A stretch of 64,000 nt of DNA, taken from the NCBI RefSeq assembly GCF_001194135.2, contig NC_068998.1:51041887-51105886 (forward strand), given 5' to 3'. The notes beneath the pieces are model-generated. The model had not been told where the DNA came from, ran no database searches, and was given only the letters and a program-made list of their open reading frames with translations. Both the position numbers and the translations under genes were made by a program. The DNA is from Octopus bimaculoides. Its lineage: Eukaryota. Shown piece by piece: positions 39,571 through 53,662 of this stretch (position 1 is the first letter of the stretch; each line of letters starts with the position of its first letter).

Positions 39571-41096
39571 GCGCGCGCGCACACACACACACATACACAC
39601 ACACACACACACACACATACACACACNNNNNNNNNNATACACACACACACACACACACACATACACACACACACACAAACACACACACACACGTACATAT
39701 AACAAGAGACACTATCAGCGATATCAGCTATATAACAAAAATTAACTTCCTGCAGATCTTTCAAGAACTATAACATAACTGTAAAACAAACTTTGTTATA
39801 TTAAAATAAAATATGATGTATTGTATATTGCAGTTAGACAATATGCAATATAATCACCATAGGTAATTTTGATTATTTGGACCGCTTTAAAACTCTATTC
39901 TCTTCAACGACGCTGTGAACGTTACATCAGTTGCAGAATGTGAAAGATAAAGAACTGGAATTACCCAAACGAAAACAAATTCAGAATTCATCCAGGGATG
40001 GATTCCCGTACCATACACCTTCCAGAATATTCAGGCTCACAATATATAAACACACTGTTGCACAATTTCTTTTGCTTAATAAGCTATAAACCATATAAAT
40101 CATTTGCTTAATAAACTATAAACCATATAAATCATTTCATAAAGTTAAAGAGTGCTTAATGTATGTCAATAAAAATTTTAACCATTCTAGAAATATCACA
40201 AATTCTATCGTTAAAATTATATCAACTTGTATTTCGAAGCTTTTGGCTTGTGAGGAGGTATTTGCAGAAAATGAAACTTACTACGCATAATTTGAAGCTG
40301 GGTATAAGGAGAAAATTTACTGGAGAAAATTTACTATATCCAGAATCAAAACACTAATGAAATTCCCGGAAATGATAGAATATTGAATGTGAGGAAATTT
40401 GATAGTGAGTGCAATAAAAATTAAAACAAATACAGCAGGAAATTTTATTTATCTTAAGATTCATAATAGTAACAACGATACAAATAAGGTTAGTAAAAAA
40501 CGAAATATTGAACATAAATATTTTATTATGATTAAGAATAGATTCAACACTGTAGATACAAAATATATGTTTGGTATATACATTATTATTATTATTATTA
40601 TTATTATTAGTAGTAGTAGTAGTAGTAGTGGTAGTAGTAGTAGTATATATTATATATATCAGGGAAGATTGTGTGGTAAGAATTTACTTCCCGGGGGACA
40701 TTCTGGGAGGGATTGTGTGTGTGTAAGCATATATACACCCATAACGCAAACAATCGTGTGTGAATACTCCGATACTGTATTTGTATCGGAATGAGATTGC
40801 CTGATAGATTCATAGCGAATATATATACATTTATATATATTTTAATTTAATATACATGCAAGAATTGCTTAAGAAAATCCCAAATAAAAATGAAAATCAT
40901 TTCCCAATGACCAGAACGTAGGTTTTAATCGTATTTCGACATCTTAACCGAATCACTAAAATTGGTTTTATAGTCAACCAAATTCTTCACTACGTCACAA
41001 TATATCTAATTACATTGTCAACGACGTATGAGCAAAGAGCTGCTAAATCATATTTAAACCTATAGAACACACTCAAACAAACCCGTGCACACTCAT

Positions 41097-41174
<78 letters not shown>

Positions 41175-41242
41175 ATGTGTCTAGGTATGTATGTATGTAT
41201 GGCTATTTCATGATAAAGATATTGCGTTTAGAAATGTCGAAG

Positions 41243-42221
41243 ATGACACCTTTTCTATGTTTTTCTCTTTTCATTGTTGGTAAGTATCCTTGGAAATGTT
41301 CGTATTTAATCTGTGTATTTAATCTACAAATCGAAATGGATCCTGATTCTCTTTTTCTTGTCGGTGTTTCGGAACAAAGTGATTCTGATACAATTCTTCA
41401 GCAGAGGTTTGAAAGGGATACAAAGTTTTAAATATTAGATTCAGATTCTTTTATTTTTCACTCTTTTGAGTCATTGGTTTGTTACAATGCAGGTTCAGTT
41501 TCTTGAAGGATTTGGGGGGAAAATGGATCCCAATACTTCTTTTGTTTAATTTGGGCACTTATTGTATCGGTCCCGTTGTCGGACTGCTATGTTACCGAGC
41601 TATANNNNNNNNNNNNNNNNNNNNNNNNNNNNNNNNNNNNNNNNNNNNNNNNNNNNNNNNNNNNNNNNNNNNNNNNNNNNNNNNNNNNNNNNNNNNNNNN
41701 NNNNNNNNNNNNNNNNNNNNNNNNNNNNNNNNNNNNNNNNNNNNNNNNNNNNNNNNNNNNNNNNNNNNNNNNNNNNNNNNNNNNNNNNNNNNNNNNNNNN
41801 NNNNNNNNNNNNNNNNNNNNNNNNNNNNNNNNNNNNNNNNNNNNNNNNNNNNNNNNNNNNNNNNNNNNNNNNNNNNNNNNNNNNNNNNNNNNNNNNNNNN
41901 NNNNNNNNNNNNNNNNNNNNNNNNNNNNNNNNNNNNNNNNNNNNNNNNNNNNNNNNNNNNNNNNNNNNNNNNNNNNNNNNNNNNNNNNNNNNNNNNNNNN
42001 NNNNNGTGTTACATACTGATTGTCACACATTCTCTGATATTAAGGTGAAATTGTTAAAAACAGTGTTAAAAACAGTGTATGAAAATACACATATGGAAAA
42101 ATACATATACATATTCTTATACATATTCTTTGACAATCGAATAAAATTGAGAAGGAACTGACCTGGCCTTTTTCTCTTGTGTATATTGAAGGAATGTTTT
42201 ACTGTCTTAAGAGACAGTATG

Positions 42222-42309
<88 letters not shown>

Positions 42310-43382
42310 TGTGTATCTGTGTTTGTCACCCCAACATCGCTTGACAACCGATCGTGGTGTGTTTAGGTCCCCGTAAATTAGCGGTTCGGCAAAAGTAACC
42401 TATAGAATAAGTGCTAGGCTAACAAAGAATAAGTCCTGGGGTCGATTTGATTCGACTAAAGGCGGTGCTCCAGCATGGCCGTAGTCAAATGACTGAAACA
42501 AATAAAAGAAAGAAAGAAAGAAAGAAAGAAAAAAAGAAAGGAAGGAAGGAAGGAAGATCAATCTATTCGACTGTTAATGTAGTGCCTCAGCATGGTCGCA
42601 GTCCATTGGCTGAAACACGTTAAAGTTGAAAGATAAAAGATAACAGTTGCATTAAGAAGCAACATTATAATAATCATAATAAGGTGTATGGTTATCATAA
42701 TAATTATAATACGTCTATGATTATAATGATTATAATACAATCTATAATTATTATAATAATTATAATACGGTCTATAATTATTATAATGAATAATAGTCTT
42801 CAAAAAGTACGAAAAGAAGCTCTACAGAAAACTACTTCCTCTGCACACAAACTCACAAGATGTAAACAAAAGTCTTAGCTCCAACAATGCCCGATCACGA
42901 TAGTTTTCAGTTAATTTTAACATGGCTTCAGACTAGAGTAACATGTTTTACTTATATGGCAATTCGTAATATTTTTTCAATGTGATAAAAAACAGTGAAT
43001 AACTTCACGAAATATATTTTAAAGTTGCAGGCGCTGCTAAGAATATAACGTGCTTGTCTAAAGAATTATGTCCTGAATCTTGGATAAGGTTCCCGGAATC
43101 GAAAAATGACGAGCATCACTGCAAGTAAGTTTCTCTTACTTACGGCTATTACTATATTATCACAGCAGTCATTTACATATCAATTAATCTTTAAAAGCAA
43201 TCATATAAACTACATATTACCATTGTTTATATTATTTACATTTGACGGATATTTGTTCTCATCTTGTTTGTTGTTAGCACAATGTTTCGGCTGATATACC
43301 CTCCAGCCTTCATCAGGTGTCTTGGGGAAATTTCGAACTTGGGTTCTCATTCCTAAGGTAGTTTTCGATGTTGTTGTTGTTG

Positions 43383-43454
<72 letters not shown>

Positions 43455-45765
43455 TCACTGCCTAGAATCGAACACGGAATCTTGGGGTTAATAGCCCGCA
43501 CTCTTAACCTCTACGCCATATGCCCGTGGGCTACTAACCCCAAGATTCCGAGTTCGATTCCAGTCGAAACATTGTGTTAACAACAAACAAGATGAGGACA
43601 AATATCCGTCAAATGTAAATAATGTACATAATTCTTCATCTCTTAAATATAGAACTGTACATATTACCACTAAAAAATTGTTCGATGGAGTGCAGTTAAT
43701 TAAAGCCAAACTGATACTTGAATGATGTATATTATATAAAACATGCAACTGAAATGTTCATTGAATAGGATTTGGGAAAAAAATTATCCTCTCTAAACAT
43801 TACTGCTTAAGTAGATAACACACCACCCGGTCCGTGAATTGAAACAACGCTCTTCAGATTGTAAGTGCAACATCGTAACCATTAGGCCACCTCCTCTACA
43901 GGATTTGTGACGAGAAAGAAAATATATCCCCGAATATTATGTTTAGTGCTCTACAGATTATGACATTCAATGGTTAGTTTTACAGATTACTAAATATAAC
44001 GACCGTTTTTAACATTGACACGAATTAACACAGATTTAGATAAATTAAATCCTACTCTCGGTGAGTACTATTGCAATCAATATTGGAACTCCGAATGAGA
44101 AATGAGACCAAGAAGAGATCCGCTATCACAGCTTCAAAAAGGAAAGTAATATTATTAATTTTATAAAAGTTTGTCTACTTCAGCAGGTTTCAACACTTTA
44201 ACTATGAATTTATTTGTTATGGTTATTACAGTGATGATGTTAAATGCCAAAACAGATTTGCTGTATTTTGTAAGTCACGTTTCCTCAGTCTGCTCGACAA
44301 CAAAACTAGTTTCAGACGTAACAATCATCAAGAAACGATAGATTGTTATACAAAGCGACTCTCCATAATGAAATGTAATGAAGTTTTGAGTGGATGTATC
44401 TGAACATGATACATTCACAATGCAAGAGTTTGCAAATAGTGCAAAATACTTAAAAATAAGCTAGCCACTGTTTTCTAAAATACTTATAAACTGATATCTG
44501 ATGTTTGTTTCCAGGAGAACGAAAATGCATATTGAGTGTATTGAGAAAGTTAAACCGTCGTGTCTTCATTTCTTCATTGATACCTTTAAGACATTTTGCA
44601 CTGGTAAGATGGCTTTACAATTATCTAATTTTAATGATTAACACCATGTATAACTGAACAATTTTCCAAACATGAATTACGGTTGTAAATTTTGGCTCCT
44701 GCCAAACACGCTATAGCATGTCTTTCGCAACATTCTCTGTATGAGGTTCAGGTGAACGTGGTGGCCATTTTAACGGCACATTATCCTTGTCATTAGCACG
44801 CCCGATCCATCTCATTGAGATAAGCCCGCACAGTCAGCTTCCACTGAGATGGATCCCTATCCTGTTGTGAGATGACGAGCAGTGAGACTGAACCCTGAGC
44901 CAAGCGAGTTTAAGCAGACAGCCATGCTTGCGTCTATATTGTTATTTACACAATCAAACTTTAAGTAGCGGCTGCATTACATTACACATGCGGCATTTAG
45001 CTATAGCTCTCCAAATATTCAATCCGTTCTATCCCTCCATGTTTATCACCTGCGATGACACAGTCATTATCTGATGTGTGTTAATGTAATTCAGGAATAC
45101 CTGCCATTTACGTGTATCAATGAATACGATGAACTTGTGCAGGAATGCAAATTTGGAAACCAAAAGTTACTTAGAACAATCCTAAGGATATAAATTTGTA
45201 ACTCTAAAATACAAGGTGTAATTACTTTCTGAAGTATCACTCTAAATATGTGGTAAGTAGCTTGCTTACCAACCACATGGTTCCGGGTTCAGTCCCTCTG
45301 CGTGGCACCTTGAACATGTGTCTTCTACTATAGCCTCGAGCCGACCAAAGCCTTGTGAGTGAATTTGGTGGCGGAAACTGAAAGAAGCCCGTCGTATATA
45401 CATACACATATATGTGTGTGTGTGTCTGTGTTTGTCCCCCCGACATCGCTTGACAACCGATGTCTTCGTAACATTAGCGGTTCGGCAAAAGAGACCGATA
45501 GAATAAGTACTAGGCTAACAAAGAATAATTCCTTGGGTCGATTTGTTCGACTAAAGGCTGTGCTCCAGTATGGCCGCAGTCAAATGACTGAAGCAAGTAA
45601 AAGAATAAAAGAATACATGTTTTGTTTATATCTATTCCAGATATAAGTGTGACACAACCTCAACTGTCGAGTTCTGTCTGCATTTCGACTTCCTTAAGCA
45701 TATTACCAATATATCTCATTTCGGTATGGTGGTGCTGGAATTCAGAAACCATTGAAAGAGTGTGA
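41243..45765 (+). CDS. G5: 114 aa six-Cys paralogue (subfamily B) with 4 coding exons and an extended C-terminus (possible TM form)
   Basis: Exons 41243-41279 (37 nt, as in all paralogues; an in-frame ATG also at 41234), 43031-43124, 44515-44603 and 45641-45765: MTPFLCFSLFIVGAAKNITCLSKELCPESWIRFPESKNDEHHCKRTKMHIECIEKVKPSCLHFFIDTFKTFCTDISVTQPQLSSSVCISTSLSILPIYLISVWWCWNSETIERV*. Intron phases are 1, 2, 1, as in the family. The gap at 41605-42005 lies in intron 1. Confidence 0.82.
43231..43623. mobile_element. Penelope-pLTR/SINE foldback with nested inverted repeats in a G5 intron
   Basis: Outer arms 43231-43289 and 43565-43623 (57/59); inner arms 43465-43497 and 43528-43560 (31/33). Confidence 0.75.
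45247..45612 (+). mobile_element. tRNA-derived SINE ending about 30 nt before the last G5 acceptor
   Basis: Box B-like GGTTCAGTCCC and an AAAGAAT-type tail; related partial copies at about 33885-34045 and 42310-42530. Confidence 0.75.
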
Positions 45766-46014
45766 ATTTATGTGAGAATTTTTTTATAAACATACAATAA
45801 ATTTATATTCTGTATCTTTACATTACAACTATATATTGGTTTCAAATTTTGGCTCAAGGCCAGCAATTTAAGGAAACGAGGTAAGTCGATTACCTCAACC
45901 CCATAGTTGAACTGGTATTGATCTTATTGATCTCGAAAGGATGATGACAGGCAAGGTTGACCTTGGAGGCATTGAAACTCAGAACGTAAGTTCTGACGAA
46001 ATGCCGCTAAGCAT

Positions 46015-46341
46015 TTTGCCACCTGAATACACAAACTGTAATCACATTGATTATTATGTGTGGGTCGCAGTTGAGCGAGGGACCAAGAAAACTCTTTGTA
46101 ACACCAAAGATGAACTGAAGGCAAGGATTATGGCAGCATTCACCAACTTAATCAGGAAGATCATCCAGAAGAGTTACAGGAGAAGTTGTCTGAAGGCTGT
46201 GGTTGAAGCCAATGGTGATTTTATTTTATAACTTTGAAGATATATTTATGTAATATGTGGTAAATAAATCTGCTACAATGAAATGTCAGTACTATTTTCA
46301 TTTTTACGTAATTGAAACGACAGTTTATTCACCGCACCCTG
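46015..46341 (+). mobile_element. maT/DD37D-like mariner, 3' end
   Basis: PPEYTNCNHIDYYVWVAVERGT...NTKDELKARIMAAF...AVVEANGDF, then a terminus CACCCTG followed by TA. Confidence 0.7.
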
Positions 46342-46747
46342 TATATGAGCGTATATATATGTATATGTGTTTGTGTGTCTGTGTGTATATATATATGTAT
46401 ATATATTTGTGTGTTTGTGTGTGCATGTGTATATATAAAAAGCAGCAAAAATATCACAAAAACTGCTACAAAGGTCAGCAAATATACTGGAGCGGCACTT
46501 ATTTTATGGACCCCAAAAGATGACAGTTAACGTTAACCTTGACGGAATTTGAATTCAGAAGATAAGGACGGACGAAATGCCGCTAAACTTTTCGTCCGGA
46601 GTGATCGCCATTCTCTGAGAATTTGCCAAACCTAATAGATTATGTTATTAATAATGACGTGCAGTATTCTCTTTAGTAAATGGATCGTGTAAAACCAGAG
46701 AAGAATTTGGTTCTTTTCCATTATGAAAGGCCATAGAAGTTTCTTTC

Positions 46748-46781
<34 letters not shown>

Positions 46782-47199
46782 NNNNNNNNNNNNNNNNNNN
46801 NNNNNNNNNNNNNNNNNNNNNNNNNNNNNNNNNNNNNNNNNNNNNNNNNNNNNNNNNNNNNNNNNNNNNNNNNNNNNNNNNNNNNNNNNNNNNNNNNNNN
46901 NNNNNNNNNNNNNNNNNNNNACAAGCGCACAGACACGCATCATGCTTATATTGTTGATGAATAACATCGTTAATAGACGTAGAAATTAACGTTTTTACAA
47001 CACTTTTATTAATATTCATCTTTAAGAAAGCAACAAATGCTTGTCGTACCAAATACTGTGAGCATAAAGCGAACCAGATCGTAAGCCTGTAAAGAAATGT
47101 TGAATCATTCGGAAACACATGATATCAATTATTAAACCGTTGTTGTACGGTCAGAATATCGGAATGCAGAGATCTTCCTTATTGTAGTTATCAAAAGAG

Positions 47200-47520
47200 A
47201 GAGAGAGAAAAAAAGACACTCGAGATTCGTACAAAACTGAAGATGCCATACTATTTAATGGATAGGTATCAATTGTTGTCGGTTAGGTGATCAAGAATAA
47301 ATTTTACTTGAATTTTCTGAGGCGCTGAAAAGAGGCTGTGCGAATATCGAGGCGAGATATATAAGCAAGTAAAGAGAGGACGCTGCCTCACGATAAAGTA
47401 GGGCTGAATGTGTCCCTTCTTCATGGAAATATTTTGGTAAAGTTGAATGAGTTTCTTTAGCCGCTCTAGATCACGATTTTAGTCACTGTTATACTTTTGT
47501 CTTCCCAAAATGCATTTTCA
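47200..47520 (+). mobile_element. Highly decayed mariner remnant
   Basis: ...NKFYLNFLRR*KEAVR...TLPHD..., resembling the YYLEVLRRLREAVR..LHHDNA region. Confidence 0.45.
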
Positions 47521-47980
47521 TAAATATTCATAAATCGAATATTTTCTTTTAAGCCGTATTTGAATTTCACCAGACAAACATCCATGTCGTAGGTAAGAAT
47601 ATTATGTTGTACAAAGACGTAAAGTGGGGCGCAGAGTTACAGTAAGGTGTATTTCCTGAAAGAGAAACAAGACATCTCGTTTAATTAGGTTCATATTGAT
47701 ACGTCACAAATTAGTTCATTGCAACAACAGTTCATTCTTATGATTCTTATAATTTTTGTCGATTAATTTTGCATTCCTACATGTTTGTTGCATTCATGGA
47801 TAAAAGTAAATGCCAGGCCTTTATTAAACTGACTCAGTGTACTGGAGCATTTAATTGGGATTCTTTGCATCAGTGCATAATACGATTTAGTGGGGACAGA
47901 GCGTTAGAATAAAAAGAGACAGCTAAATGCCGTACGGCATTATTTCAGTCATACATCGCATATTTAAGATTATATATATA

Positions 47981-48011
<31 letters not shown>

Positions 48012-48401
48012 NNNNNNNNNNNNNNNNNNNNNNNNNNNNNNNNNNNNNNNNNNNNNNNNNNNNNNNNNNNNNNNNNNNNNNNNNNNNNNNNNNNNNNNNN
48101 NNNNNNNNNNNNNNNNNNNNNNNNNNNNNNNNNNNNNNNNNNNNNNNNNNNNNNNNNNAACAGTACTGTAGTGTATATTTTTTAAAATTACTTTTATGTG
48201 CCTCTGATTTCTAATGAGGCTGATTCTTGCAAGGAAGCGTCTATTGCAATGTTCATAAGGCATCCGTATGCATGTATGTATGCATGTATGTATGCATGTA
48301 TGTATGTATGTATGTATAGATGGATGGATGGATGGATGGATGGATGTACACACACGCACACGCAAATATGCATACATACATACGTACATACATACATACA
48401 T

Positions 48402-48464
<63 letters not shown>

Positions 48465-48508
48465 NNNNNNNNNNNNNNNNNNNNNNNNNNNNNNNNNNNN
48501 NNNNNNNN

Positions 48509-48551
<43 letters not shown>

Positions 48552-49299
48552 AGAATAATACAATACATATATATTTTAATGTTTATATGTTTTAAAAATG
48601 TTAATTCTAGATAATCGATATCATTGAGATATGACACCCTCATATAAATCAATTAAATGTAAATATCGGTTAGAATTTGATTACAACATATTTTCTGGTA
48701 TTAAAGTCACATAATCAAAATATCTTACCAAAGCAATCTACCTGATAACGATTAAAGTAGATGTGATAACACCCCGGGTATGCATTCAAAGTACAATTTT
48801 TTAAGAAGTTAAGTCGTCTGCAAAAAAAGCATCATACATTTATAGAATGTAGTTTAGAAGAAAATGGCTCTTATATTACGAAACAAATCTTATTATTAAG
48901 CATTAGGCAGGTCTGTGAAACGGAAATTTTGAAAATTGTTTTGATAAATATATGTTAATTTATATATCTCTGTGTTGTTAATTTGAAATATCAAAAACGA
49001 CTCTTTCCTAATGCCAAAAGTTTACTCACAATTTAACGGTAATATATATAATAATTTGTAGATAAATCTATATGAGGTAAGATAAAATGAAACTAATTAA
49101 TGAAACTACTTTATTTAGTAAAATAAAACGCACAAATGCGATTGAGAGGTGAGGAAATAGATGTTTACAAGTGTTCCATTCCTTTTTTTTATAACTTCAT
49201 TGCCTCAAAATCTCTTCTTTTTTTCACTTGTTGGTTACGTCTGGAACATTTTCTTTTCTGAGAATTAATGGACACTGGCAATTCAACGTAATGCAGTGG

Positions 49300-49720
49300 T
49301 CGGCCATTTTATTGACATTCCCTCTTCCCTGTTATCTTCTTTTTATATTCCTTATGTCTTGCTGGAAATTTATCCTCATCCACATTCACCTGAATTTCCA
49401 GGAAGAAATTCCAGTGAGCATTTACAAAATGGACTTCAATGCTTATTTTACAAGGATCTCTCCCTCTCCATATCACTAGGACCCCAGGACGGAAAGATTG
49501 CTAAACACATTTTTTCCATTGTTTTACTTATTCAACATGAACTAAGCAGGCCTTATGAGGAGCCCACAACTTATATTGGCCTCCTAATTTCACGCCAAAA
49601 TGGGCATAGTAAGATTTTTCGAAAAGTTTGGTAATATTCCTCTGTTATGTATGAGTCATATACCCGACCCAAATATAATAAAGGCTAACCGGGCTTGTTG
49701 CACATCTTGTAGGAAACGGA
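49300..49720 (-). mobile_element. Second Chapaev3-like remnant
   Basis: QRNITKLFEKSYYAHFGVKLGGQYKLWAPHKAC...IWRE on the minus strand. Confidence 0.6.
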
Positions 49721-50474
49721 AAGAGGGAGAACGATTTTTAACATCATCTATGGGATTTACCATCTAAAAGTATTCACATCATCAAAGAAGTATCGGAAAG
49801 TAACATGTGATACAATAAAATAATATACGTAGCATATATACATTGAGAAAGGCATGAAGAATTAAGTGAAATATAAAAGGAGGCATGCTGTAGGATTGAA
49901 CCCAGAACCGTGTGGTTGGTAAGCAAGATACTTACCATATAGCTACTCCTGCTCTTATGTTAGAAAATAATTTTTATATTTAGTAATATGAAACTAGCGT
50001 AGGAGGATGTTACCGGTAAAGAACAGAACATTATGCTTTGTGATCTATTTTGGTTTTAAATTCTAATATTATATTGCGTATCTTTACCTTCAGTTCGTTC
50101 TATATAACGTGCAGCACATAAATATTTGTTTGTCTTTAACTGACTACAATCTTTCTAAAATTTTCTAGACATCGCGCCAATATAAAATATTCCACTAATC
50201 AAATTTGATGAATTGCCTGCTTATTAAAATCAATTAATATGCAAATATTAGATGTGAAAATTTTAATAATATCCACAATTAAGAGAAACGTACCTGCAGT
50301 AATTCTTATCAGGATTCAAACGTGGGTATTTTGCCCAAACATGTGGACACATAACTGTTGATCTACATGTGATTTTCGTAGCAACACCTGCACATTTTAA
50401 ATTTTAAGTTCTTCAACATTCTGGCAATATTCAAGGAATATAATGTAAGACATCTTAACTATAATATGAATTCA

Positions 50475-50655
50475 TGTAGTAAAGATTGTTTGCCAACATA
50501 ACATGGCAGTCCTGGTTTAGGACGAATGTTGCTGTAATTCAGCCCAAGATCGTGTCGTATAGCCAGCTGGAGACGATGTCTCTTGGAGCTAAATTACAGC
50601 AACCTTCGTACTAAACCAGGACTGCCATGTATGTTGGCAAACAATCTTTACTACA
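50475..50655. mobile_element. About 180 bp palindromic MITE-like element
   Basis: Arms of about 75 bp, near-perfect; TA-GTAAAGATTG...CAATCTTTAC-TA. Confidence 0.75.
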
Positions 50656-52095
50656 AAGCACTGTTGCTGAATATCTCTCATTGTGAGATTTAAAAATGAT
50701 AATTTTCTAATATGAATTATTGTCTAAAACTATGTTAACATTTAGAGACTATCATATGAATGTGAATATTATCATTGATGAGAATTTTTCTTATAATAAT
50801 ACTGTTTGTAGGAAGAAATGTTTTATGTGATGCACTTGATTGGTTAGATATTTTAAGAATTTATAATTATTGTAATATTGCGGTTATAGGAAATTGAATA
50901 TGTTTAAGTATCTAATGATAAATTAAACTGATATGATCCGAGTGTATATTCTGTGATTATAACAAGTAAAGATTTTATAATTGTGGTGCCTCGAGGATGT
51001 CCAAAGTAAAGGTATGTGTTGAGAATTAGGAGTGTATTCTTCTGTCAGACAATGATGTCTTTATTGAGTAAGTTTGTGGTGGAAAGAGAATCTAATAAGG
51101 GAGTATGTCTGTTATCCATATATAGTTATGATGCGCCAGGCTGAGATAATAATGTGTGGAATGAGATAATCTTTTGTAGTGTTATTCATATTACTAAGCT
51201 TCTTATATATTACTTTAACTATTATGTTGCATTCAATATAGATACGAACATTCCATTATATGAACATTCCTCCTTCATATATAAATAGTAAATACCAAGG
51301 AGAGAGAAACCTCGCTCCCACAAAAATCGACATCTAAGGAAATGATTTAAAACCAATCGCTTGTATCCGACAGTAATTATCTCATCATGCAAACGTCTCC
51401 CACGATCATATATCTGTGTCTCTCTGTGGAAGGAGTTCTTTTTTAACGAAGATAAAACGCTCCATCGTTGAAATATAAATAACAAAAACGATGTCACATT
51501 TTAAACTTAAGACAAGCCTTGCATATGTTTGCTCTTTCACTCACAGATTTTATTTGTAATGTGCGAGTTGTTTGAAGCCTTTTCCTCAAAACCCTAGCTT
51601 ATCCAGATTACCATATGCAACAATGATTTTGATATAAATGTGAATTTATATTATAGTTAAGATATAGAAACCGGATGTTTCGAAGCAGTTGTCCATAGCT
51701 ATCCCCGTTCCCTTTGATATTTATGTATGTATGTATGTATGTACGTGTGTGTGTTTATTGTTGTCTTGCTGTATAATTTTCATGAACCTTCTTATTTCTT
51801 AAGGTCTTTCACTGTCATTCGGTTTTGAGAATTGCGTTGTGATATAAATTATACAAGAGACAGTGGAACGCGTATTCTACTCTGTATCCATACGTATATG
51901 CATACACCCTCTCACACATACATATCACTATAAGTATATATCCAAATCTCCATATAACTATGTACATATATGTGTATATATCTATGTATGTAAGCATACG
52001 TATATAAGTTTGTATATGTGTGCGTAAATGTAGATAGATAGATAGATAAATAGATAGATAGACTGTTGGATGTATGGACAGATAGACAGACAGAC

Positions 52096-52165
<70 letters not shown>

Positions 52166-53105
52166 AGTGTGAGATAGACAAAGTGAGAGATAGAGATAGA
52201 GAGAGATAGGGTAGGTAACAGAGAAGACAAAAAGATAAATCTAATCATACACATAAACTATGCATACATAACTAAAACAAGTTTTAAAAACAAACTTTCA
52301 TTGCTTACCGACAATGAAAAAAGAGAGGCAGAAAATATATTTCATTGTATATATTCAGCTTGCATGAGTGGTCGCGTAATGGTCACCTACGTTCTTATAT
52401 TCATTCAAAGACGCAATAAATGTTGTTTACATTAAAACATGTTATATATTTTCTACGTGTAGTATTTTATTGTGACGTTTTTAATGATCTGTATGGCGTT
52501 TAAAATTATATTTATGTTCAGTTTGCGAACACTGAAATATAAGATGTATTTTAAATGCGAATTTCAGCGGCGGATTTTCATTATAAGTACTTCACACATG
52601 CACACAATAACATGTTTATGCATATATGAATTTCTCGTCTATATAAGTGATGTTTTTTTTTATTATTAATTGAAGGCGACTGAGTATATAATTAGTCCTT
52701 GGGCTAAACAAGAAACGCACATACATACTATAATATTACTAATTGATTAATGGAGGCATTAATGTCTCATTAATCAATTCAAAATTAGTTGGAAACAGCT
52801 GCAGTGAATTGACACATTATCCATATGTATATATATATATATATATTTGAAGAAAAAGAAAGCAGTTGGGATTCTGGATAATTCTTTATTAAAGCCTTGT
52901 TCATTTAATCGAACACTTCGAGACAGAAATTTTAACCGAAATGATGAACGTTACCTGTTTTTTTATGCGAATCAGATGTTTTTTTATTATTTCTTTAGAA
53001 AGGGAGATTATTTCTTTGTTTTTTGGGGGAAGAAAAGGAGAAAGAGACAAAATGAGAGGGGGCAGAAATGTATATATATGTACATGTAAGTATACATGCA
53101 TATAT

Positions 53106-53179
<74 letters not shown>

Positions 53180-53185
53180 ATATCA

Positions 53186-53229
<44 letters not shown>

Positions 53230-53662
53230 TTTTATACACGCATATATAGTATATTGTTTGCGTTATTAAAAGAGATTATTTCTTAACATGGATTTTTTTC
53301 TAACCCGGTGAGAATGTTCAATGGTTCCATTATTTTAAGTATTATTTATATTAATGCACACAGGTCAATAAACAATTTACTTGTTATAAAATATAATAAA
53401 ATGAATTATCTACGCATGTTTTATTAAGCTGTGAAACAATTGTTTTTATATAAGGATTTCCATTGATTAAATGAATTTTATAATACTGGTATTTTCTCTG
53501 GTTATTTATGACTTTAGTTATATAACACATATTCATACCGTATATACATAAATAAATCAATATGCGTGTAAGCAAGCAGCTGTTACATCGAACTATATGT
53601 GACACACTCTCCTGAAAGTGTCCACCACTTGAGCAGACGTTGCTGGAACACGAAAATCTACG

